Positions 55,254 through 64,000 of a stretch of 64,000 bases of DNA are shown piece by piece. The DNA comes from Hypanus sabinus. Lineage: Eukaryota. Numbering within the stretch: the stretch's first letter is position 1; each line of letters opens with the position of its first letter. The DNA lies in assembly GCF_030144855.1 (NCBI RefSeq), contig NC_082733.1:30194001-30258000 (forward strand), in the 5' to 3' direction. A model generated the notes under the pieces. It was given only the letters and a program-made list of their open reading frames with translations. It had not been told where the DNA came from and searched no databases. Both the position numbers and the translations under genes were made by a program.

Positions 55254-57030
55254 CACTCAGTGGCCACCTTATTAGGTATCTCCTGTACCTAATAAAGTGG
55301 CCACTTAGTGTATTCTTGTGGTTTTCTGCTGCTGCAGCCCATCCACTTCAAAGTTCAATGAGCTGTGTGTTCAGAAATGCTCTTCTGCACACCACTGTTG
55401 TAACATGTGGTAATATGGATTATTGTCGCCTTCCTGCCAGCTCGAACCAGTCTGGCCATTCTTCTCTGACCTCTCTCATTAACAAGGCATTTTCACCCAC
55501 AGAACTACTGCTCACCGGATGATTCTTTTTGAATTTTTTTGCACCAATTCTCTAAACTCTGGAGACTGTTGTGTGTGAAAATCATAAGCAATCAGTAGTT
55601 TCTGAGATACTCATACAACCCCATCTGGCACCAACAACCATTCCATGGTCAAATTCACTTAGATGACATGTCTGCCCCATTCTGATGTCTGATCTGAACA
55701 ACTGTCAAGTCACTTTTTATTGTCATTTTGACCATAACTGCTGGTACAGTACACAGTAAAAATGAGACAATGTTTTTCAGGACCATGGTGCTACAAGAAA
55801 CAGTACAAAAACTACACTGAACTATGTAAAAACAACACAAAAAAGAACTACACTAGACTACAGACCTACCCAGGACTGCATAAAGTGCACAAAACAGTGC
55901 AGGCATTACCATAAATAATAAACAATAACCAATAGGCAATAGACAATAGGTGCAGAAGTAGACCATTCGGCCCTTCGAGCCTGCACTGCCATTTTGAGAT
56001 CATGGCTGATCATCTACTATCAATACCTGGTTCCTGCTTTGTCCCCATATCCCTTGATTCCCCTATCTATAAGATACCTATCTAGCTCCTTCTTGAAAGC
56101 ATCCAGAGAATTGGCCTCCACTGCCTTTTGAGGCAGTGCATTCCAGACCCTCACAACTCTCTGGGAGAATAAGTTTTTCCTTAACTCTGTCCTAAATGAC
56201 CTATCCCTTATTCTCAAACCATTGCCTCTGATATTGGACTCTCCCAGCATCTGGAACATATTTCCTGCTTCTATCTTGTCCAATCCCTTAATAATCTTAT
56301 ATGTTGCAATCAGATCCCCTCTCAATCTCCTTAATTCCAGCGTGTACAAGCCCAGTCTCTCTAACCTCTCTGCGTAAAGCAGTCCTGACATCCCAGGAAT
56401 TAACCTTATGAATCTACGCTGCACTTCCTCTACAGCCAGGATGTCCTTCCTTAACCCTGGAGACCAAAACTGTACACAATACTCCAGGTGTGGTCTCACC
56501 AGGGCCCTGTACAAATGCAAGGGGATTTCCTTGCTCTTGTACTCAATTCCCTTTGTAATAAAGGCCAACATTCCATTAGCCTTCTTCACTGCCTGCTGCA
56601 CTTGCTCATTCACCTTCAGTGACTGATGAACAAGGACTCCTAGATCTCTTTGTATTTCTCCCTTACCTAACTCTACACCATTCAGATAATAATCTGCCTT
56701 CCTGTTCTTACCCCCAAGGTCGATAACCTCACACTTAATCATATTCAAACAAGACAACAGGCACAGTAGAGGGCAGTAAGTTGGTGTCAGTCCAGGCTCT
56801 GGGTATTGAGGAGTCTGATGGCTTGGGGGAAGAAACTGTTACACAGTCTGATCGTGACAGCCTGAATGCTTTGGTGCCTTTTGCCAGATGGCAGGAAGGA
56901 GAAGAGTTTGTATGAGGGGTGTGTGGGGCACTGAACTTCTTGACCACAATATTCCCTCTATTTTTTCTTACAGCTGTTGCTCTGAGCAGAAACTTTTGCA
57001 CAGCCTGAAAACTGCATGGCACTTTAAATG
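55254..57030 (-). mobile_element. Tc1 derivative hosting nested Rex1 and CR1 insertions
   Basis: Hairpin TIR at 55254-55310; body to ~55704, resuming at ~56929 (ctgaacttcttgacc). Confidence 0.75.
55926..56745 (-). mobile_element. Young CR1 3' end with uninterrupted ORF2 C-terminus
   Basis: ORF 56020-56757 KCEV..LG.KN...ALVRPHLEYCVQFWSP...DRGIKGYGDKAGTRY-stop; caatag-like tail; TSD aaacaa. Confidence 0.92.
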
Positions 57031-57214
57031 TTTAAATGGTAAGAAAATCCTTACGGGTCTACTCAGTAAATCCATAATAGAATAATAACCACAATAGAAT
57101 CAATGAAAGTCTGCACCAACTTGGATGTTCAAACAGTGTGCAAAAGAAACTGTGCAAATGCAAAAAGAAAGAAATGATAATAAATTAGTTAGATGTTAGT
57201 TAGATCCCAGTTGG

Positions 57215-57920
57215 ACTACTACAGTTCGGTTTTGGTCACACTACAGGAAGTATGTGGATACAATCGAGACAGTGCAGAGGAGATTTACAAAATTGCTGCC
57301 TGGATTGGGGAACATGTCTTATGAGAATCGGTTGAGTGAACTTGGCCTTTTCTCCTTGGAGCAATGGAGGATGAGAGGTGTCCTGATGGAGGTGTATAAG
57401 ATGATGAGAGGCATTGATCGTGTGGATAGCCAGAGGCTTTTTCCCAGGGCTGAACAAGGGGGCATACTTTTAAGGTAAACACAAAATACTCTGCAGTTGC
57501 TGAGGTCAAAGCCACGTGCACAACACGCTGGAGGAACTCAACAGATCGGGCTGCATCCATGGAAGTGAACAGTCAACGTTTTGGGTCGAGACATTGACTG
57601 TCCGTTTCCACGGATGCTGCCCGACCTGCTGAGTTCCTCCAGTGCATTGTATGCATAGTTCTAAGGTGCTTGGAAGTAGGTATAGGAGAGATGTCAGAGG
57701 TAAGTTTTTCACACAAGGAATGGTGGGTACATGGAATGCACTGCCAGCGAAGGTGTTAGAGGCCAATAAATAGGGTCTTTTAAGAGCCTCTTAGATAGGT
57801 ACATGGAGCTTAGAAAAATAGAGAGGTAGGGAAATTCTAGGCAGTTTCTGAAGTAGGTTACATGTCTGGCACAATATTATGGGCTGAAGGGCTTATAATG
57901 TGCTACGGATTTCTATGTAG
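57215..57920 (+). mobile_element. CR1 3' fragment interrupted by a palindromic PLE mini-element (57477-57652)
   Basis: DTIETVQRRFTKLLPGL..MSYENRLSELGLFSLE; 15-bp TSD around the insert. Confidence 0.85.
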
Positions 57921-59379
57921 CCTGAGATGAGGGTCCTTGGACATGAGCCCATAGGTTAGAACATAGAACATAGAAATCTACATGATTGAAATGTTCCCAG
58001 GTTGTGTGAAGTTATCCCCCTTTGGCTCAAGAGTCTAATGACTGAGGGCCTGTCAAAATTTATTTTCCTACAATGTTTGGGATCACACTCATTTGTTCCA
58101 GGCACTTCCACCAAATTGAAGAGTATCAATCAAAAGATCAAGATCCTTAGTTACTTTTCCACCTTTCTCATATGTATGTACACAAAGGTTCTCCTAATCT
58201 GGACATCTAGAATTGTGAAACTTTGCAAAACATCAGTCACAATTTCAGCAAAAATGCTCTATGATTCTTGATTCTGCTTGATTCTGACCAATGGCCTATT
58301 GAACTGATAAATAGATAGGAGGATGATAAAGATTCCAATGTGTTAAGAGCATAGATTTCTGTGAGTGGTCTGGGGAACGTTACTCAGTCAGCTAACAGCA
58401 GCAGCTTAAATGGCCATTGACTTGATTGCCTTGCAGAAAAACCACATTATCGAAGTAAAGACCATCACTACTCATCAGAATAATTAAAGCTGTGTGTGAA
58501 CTGCCTTTCATTGATTTGGAGAGATCTGATAAGGTGCTATACAAATGCAAGTCTATTAGAGTTAATTTACATTTTGCCCTGGGAAGAATGCTTCTGGCAA
58601 ATAAATGAGAAGGGTCTGAAGCAACAGAAAAGTAGCTGGAGAATATGTGAGCATCCCTGCTAGCTAACAGATTTGCTTTTTTCGAGCAATGAATTGTCTG
58701 TGGTAATAAAGAGAGAGACTGCAAATTCTATCTGATGGCAGCTTTCTGCTCGAGAGCTCTCAATGACACAGAATCATTCTGTCATCCAACATAGGTAACA
58801 AAGAGGAACACTCAAATCAAAAGTAGATAGGGCATGGAATTACTTTTTCAAAGTTTCTATTATCCAACGTGACTAACCAAAAGAAAAGCCTGATATATCT
58901 GGTTTCTTTTGTTCTTATTAGTGCATCAACATAGTTAGAGCAAATACAAAATATCCTATTGAGAATTGAACCATGTCCCAGGGAGAACAACTCAATTGAT
59001 AAATGCAGAGCAATTTCACAGTATAAATACAAGAAAGCCCATGGAACGCACACAAAATGCTGGAGGAACTCAGCAGGTCAGCCAGCATCTATGGAAATCG
59101 ATGTTTTGGGGCCAAGACCCTTCTTCAGGACTAATGTTAAATGTTAGATTTCAAGCATTAACGGTAGATTTCAACCCTGTACCTGATATATTTCACCCCA
59201 TTATAACAGATTCACTTGCTTTCGGGAGCTTGTAGTGTATAAATTAGCTGCGAGGTTTCCAACGTCACAACGCTAAGCACACTTCTAAAGCACTTCATTG
59301 ACTAGGGAATGTGACAAGCACAAGAAAGGAGCTGGACCGACGCAACTTTGTTTTGCCTTCCTCAGAGACATAGCATCAT

Positions 59380-59930
59380 AATGCTTCACCATCTGGTATT
59401 GGGACACCAATGCAAAGGACTGGAAAAAGCTGCAGAGGTTTGCAAACTCAGCCAGCTCCATCATGGACATTAAGTCAAGTCAAGTCAAGTCACTTTTATT
59501 GTCATTTCGATGTACACTATGTCCAGTACCTAGTAAAAATGAGACAACGTTTTTCAGGACCCAGCATCCAGGACATTTTCAAAGGACAATACCTCAAGAA
59601 GGCAGCATCCAACAGAAAGAACCCTCACTGTCCTGGACGTTTCCCGTTCTCGTTACTACCATTTGGGAGGAGGCACAAAAGCCTGAAGACATACATTCAA
59701 CACATTTTAAGAACAGTTTCTTCTCCCACCATCAGACTTCTGAATGACCCTTGAACCCATGAGCACTACCTCACTCAAATGCTCTCTTTTTACACTACTT
59801 ATTTATTTTTTATATTTTCCTTATGTAACCTACAGAATTTTTTTGTATTGCACTGTACTGCTGCCACAATACAACAAATTTTATGACATCCATCAATGAT
59901 AATAAACCTGGTTCTTATTCTGGTTCTGAA
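59380..59930 (+). mobile_element. Rex1 3' fragment with antisense Rex tail insert (~59471-59560)
   Basis: IQDIFKGQYLKKAAS..KNPHCPG..FSLLPFGRRHKSLKT. Confidence 0.8.
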
Positions 59931-60879
59931 TCTGCTAGGTATTTCAGTTAAATTGGGAAATATTTTCACATAGAAATGCTAATGGTACTCTGAGTCTCAT
60001 TCCATGGATTGTTCTGCATGCTGCAAAAAATTGAAGGTAAAGAGAAACACAAGGAGGTTTGCAGATACTGGAAATCCAAAGCAACACAAACAAAATGCTG
60101 GAGGAGCTCAGCAGGTCAGGCAGCATCTACAGAAAAGAGTAAACAGTTGACGTTTCAGGCCAAGACTTCTCTTCAGGACCACCTGCTGAGTTTCTTCAGC
60201 ATTTTGTGTGTACGTTGCTACAGAAGATAAAAATATGTTAAAGAATGCAAAACAATTGTGGGAAAGTACAAGCTACAGATCAGCATGGATCTTTGTACCT
60301 GAGTGGTAGAAGCCAACAGTCCCTCACTTTAATGGGTCACTTATTTCAAATGGGAGCAAATTGACTACATCAAGTTGATACACGATCTCTGTAGTCCTTA
60401 TAATTTTTTTTAATCTGATCATTGGTCATGCAAAGATTGGGAAAGGAAGGAAAATGGAGGAATCAAGAACAATAAGTTCAAACTTCAAAGTAAATTGATT
60501 ATCAAAGTATATACAAGTCACCATATACAACTTTGAGATTCATTTTCTTGTGGGCATACACAGCAAATCTTAGAAACACAATAGAATCAAAGAAAGATCG
60601 CAGCCAACTAAATGGACAACAGCCAACGTGCAAAACACAACAAACTATGCAAATACAAAAGAAAAATCATTAAAATAATAAATAAGTGGATAAGCAATAA
60701 ATATCAAGAACATAAGATGAAGACCCCCAGGAAGTGAGCCCACAGTTTGCGGGAACGGTTCAGTGATGGGGCAAGTGAAGTTGAGTGAAGTTATCCACTG
60801 TTTCAAAAGTCTGATGTGCAGAGCAAAGTTCTGGTGAGGAAGGCAGCCCTCCCCCCCAAAGGAGCTGAGACTCCGTCTG

Positions 60880-62470
60880 GCTGACGCTGTGATGGGGAAG
60901 ACCCTAGCCAGAGTCCAACCATGCAAAGCTGTAGAGCTTGATAACATACCAGGTTGGGTCTGAAAGACAGTGCAGCCCAGCTGACGGAGGTGCTGAAGGT
61001 TCTATTCGATCTCTCTCTCCCTCCTTTGACCCTTCGGTTTTCCAGGTTGCAACCATCATTCCAGTGCCACAGAAGGCAACAGTAACCGGCCTAAATGTCT
61101 ATTGTCCAGTGGCACTAATATCAACCATTGTGAAATGCTTTGAGCGGATGGTCACAGGGTACATTTCTCCTGCCTACATTGGACCCTTTCCAGTTTGCTT
61201 ATTGTTCAAATCAAACCACTGATATAGCAGCTGCCTTCCACTCTGCCCTGTCTCACTTGGGTAATGGGGTCTCAAATGCCAGACTGCTGTTTATAGACTT
61301 CAGTTCGGTGTTCAACGCCATCATGCCCCAGAAACTAGTGGGGAAACTGTCCTCGTGGGTCTCAACACCTCCCGCTGCAATTGGATATTGGGCTTCTTAA
61401 CAGTAAGGTCACAGTCAGTCCGTGTGGGCAGCAACATCCGTCGTCCCATTATGCTGAGCACTGTCACTCCCCAGGGCTGTGTGCTCAGCCCACTGCTGAC
61501 GCACGACTGTGTTGCACGATCCAGCTTAAACTGTGTTTGGGGATGACACAACAAAATGCTGGCCTTATCAAAAATGATGATGAGACAGAGTATAGAGCGG
61601 AAGTGGAGTGGCTGGTGGATTGGTGTGAGAACTCTTCAGCCTGAATGTGCAGAAGACACACAAAAACATTGCAGAGCAGGAAGGTGCAGACAAACCATCC
61701 CCTTCTGCGAATACGTGGCTCCTCCATACAGAGAGTTAAGTGCACCACGTTCCCGGGAGTTCACATCACAGATTACCTCAACTGGTCCCTTAATATCACC
61801 TCTCTGAACAAGAAGGCACTGCAGCGCCTCCGTTTTCCAAGAAGATTGAGAGAAATAAGGCTCCCGCTCCACTCCCCCACCCCATCTTAACTGTGTGTTA
61901 CAGGAGCACCATTGAGAGGATCCTGACAAGTTGGTATAGGAGTGGTTGAGCATCAGACCAGAAATTCCTACAAAGGACTGTGAGAAGGGCTGAGATGATC
62001 ATAGGTGTCTGCCTACCGTCCTTCGGGGGCATTTATCAGGAGCACTGCATAAGCAGGGCCCTTAGTATTATGAAGGATCCCACCCATCCATCCAGCATCC
62101 TCTCGGACTTTCAGCCGTCAGACAGGAGACTCCAATGCATAAAGGCAAGAATGTTTGGGATGAGAAACAGTTTCTTCCCAGGCCATTGGGCTTCTGAACT
62201 CACCGTTTTCTAAGTTTCACCACTGAATCTGTTCCATACCTTACAATATTTGATATTAATGCACTTTCGTTTGTTCACCTGTAGTTGTGTGTGTGATTCA
62301 CCTGTAGATTTTATCCTGACCTTCATTAGTTATTATGTGCTGTATGTGTTATGTGTACTACTGTGCTTTACACCCTGATGCGAAGAAGCATCTTGTTTCT
62401 AACAACATTACAATATATATATTATATACATGTATATAGTTAAATGACAATAAACTTGGCTTGACTTGAC
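60880..62470 (+). mobile_element. Rex1/Babar LINE, RT region to 3' end (degenerate)
   Basis: [69 protein letters not shown]; tail gacttgac. Confidence 0.9.
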
Positions 62471-63480
62471 AATGGTTGAGGGGCAATAACTGTTCCTGAA
62501 CCTGGTGGCGTGGGTTCTGAGGCTCCTGGACCTTCTTCCTAGTGAGAACAGTGAGCAGAGAGCATGGCCTGGGTGGTAAGAGGATGCTGTTTTTTTTGTG
62601 CAGTGCTCCTTGTAGATGTGCTTAACAGCAGATAGGGCTTTACCTGTGACAGACTGGAAGAATCCTTAACTTTTTGTAGGATTTTCCTTTCAAGGGCATT
62701 GGTGTTTCCATACCAGGCCATGGTACAGCCAGTCAATATACTCCCCACCACACATCTTTAGATGTCTGTCTGACTTTTAAATGTCAGGCCAATCTTCACA
62801 AACGTCTAAAGAAGTAGAGCGACTGCTGTACTGGTCCCAGGACAGACCCCTTTGAATAATAACACTATGTTGCGACGCTCTCCGCCTCTTATCTCCTGAT
62901 AAGGATTGGCTCATGGACCTGCTGCCGAAGTTAATAATCAGCACTTTGGTCTTGCTGATATTAAGTGAGAGGTTGTTGCTGTGGCACCACTTGGCCAACT
63001 TTTCAGTCTCCCTCCTCTATGCTGATCTGTCCTGACCTTTGATTCAGCCAACGACAGTGGTGGAGTCAGCGAACTTAAAAATGGCACTGGAGCTGTGATC
63101 AGCCTCACAATCATAAAGTGAGTAGAGCAGGGGCAAAAGTACACATGAGGAAACCTGAAGATGCTGGAAATTCAAGCAACACACACAAAATGCTGGTGGA
63201 ACGAAACAGGCCAGGCAGCATCCAAAGGGAGAAGCACTGTCAACATTTCAGGCCGAGACCCTTTGTCAGGACTAGACTGAAAGGAGAGATAGTAAGAGAT
63301 TTGAAAGTAGGAGGGGGAGGGGGAAATGGAAATTACTCACTTGTGGGAAACCTGTACTGATGGAGATTGTGGAGGAGATGTTTTTGCTGATCTGAATTGT
63401 CTGGGGACTGCAAGTGAGGAAATTGAGGATCCAGTTCGATGTATTGAGGCCAAGAACTTGAAGCTTATTGAGGAGGGAGA
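62470..63480 (-). mobile_element. Rex1 fragment interrupted by a PLE pLTR (63140-63330)
   Basis: WCHSNNLSLNISKTK.LII.F; SILTGC.MAWYGN; LGLNTSNWILNFLT..PQ. Confidence 0.8.
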
Positions 63481-64000
63481 AAGGGAAGTCGGGAGAGATG
63501 AGGAAATGAACAAGGGACAAAAGCAAGAGTGGAGAAAAAGTAAAGAGGAGCAGTCAACTTTATACTTAAAAAGGGAATTGGCTGTCAAGCCAATGTCAAG
63601 CCAGGACAGCTGCTTTCCACAGAATATTTTTCTGATCTGCATACAAAACTTAAAATTATTGACTCTCCGAGACTAACCTTGAGCTGAATTAACACCATGT
63701 TTCCCAGAGCCGCCCAACAGATTAGGACACAGGATTTTGTGGAAATATATAAGAAACCTCATCTATACCTTGCCTGGTCTGTAAAAATTCCCATCAACAA
63801 AGCCTGACAGGCAGAGCACTCTGCACCATTGAGCACAATTACAAAGAGCGCTGCACGAAAGAAGCAGCATCCACCATCAAGGTCTCCCACCATCCATGTC
63901 ATCTCGCTTCTACCAACAGGAGGGAGGTACAGGGGCCTTGGGTACCACACCACTAGGTTCAGGACTGATTATTACCCTTCGACCATCAGCCTCCTGAACC

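Overview
Vertebrate genomic DNA, most likely a cartilaginous fish (inferred from the repeat landscape: HE1-like V-SINEs, CR1, Rex1/Babar, Penelope-like elements). The only host gene I can support is the 3' end of a TrkC/NTRK3-like neurotrophin receptor tyrosine kinase on the minus strand. It has three kinase-domain exons (46247-46487, 30509-30667, terminal 23028-23213) with canonical GT-AG sites and a continuous reading frame; upstream exons lie beyond 64000. Most of the rest is layered transposon debris: CR1 LINEs (one young copy with SGNH-esterase ORF1 plus APE/RT ORF2), Rex1/Babar LINEs, Penelope-like (GIY-YIG) elements, Tc1 derivatives, two tRNA-SINE families, a probable solo LTR and microsatellites. 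The most notable unannotated structure is a family of about 15 minimal type I hammerhead-ribozyme motifs (CAGUC-CUGANGA-A-GGGUCUCGRCCC-GAAACGUY-GACUG) carried by Penelope-derived repeats, including a core-intact copy in sense orientation in the last NTRK3-like intron. Also notable: a -1 overlap with a slippery-like heptamer at the CR1 ORF1/ORF2 junction, an inverted duplication in the last intron, three-TIR Tc1 derivatives and a possible Rex1-in-Rex1 insertion hotspot. TE boundaries were read by eye and are approximate.
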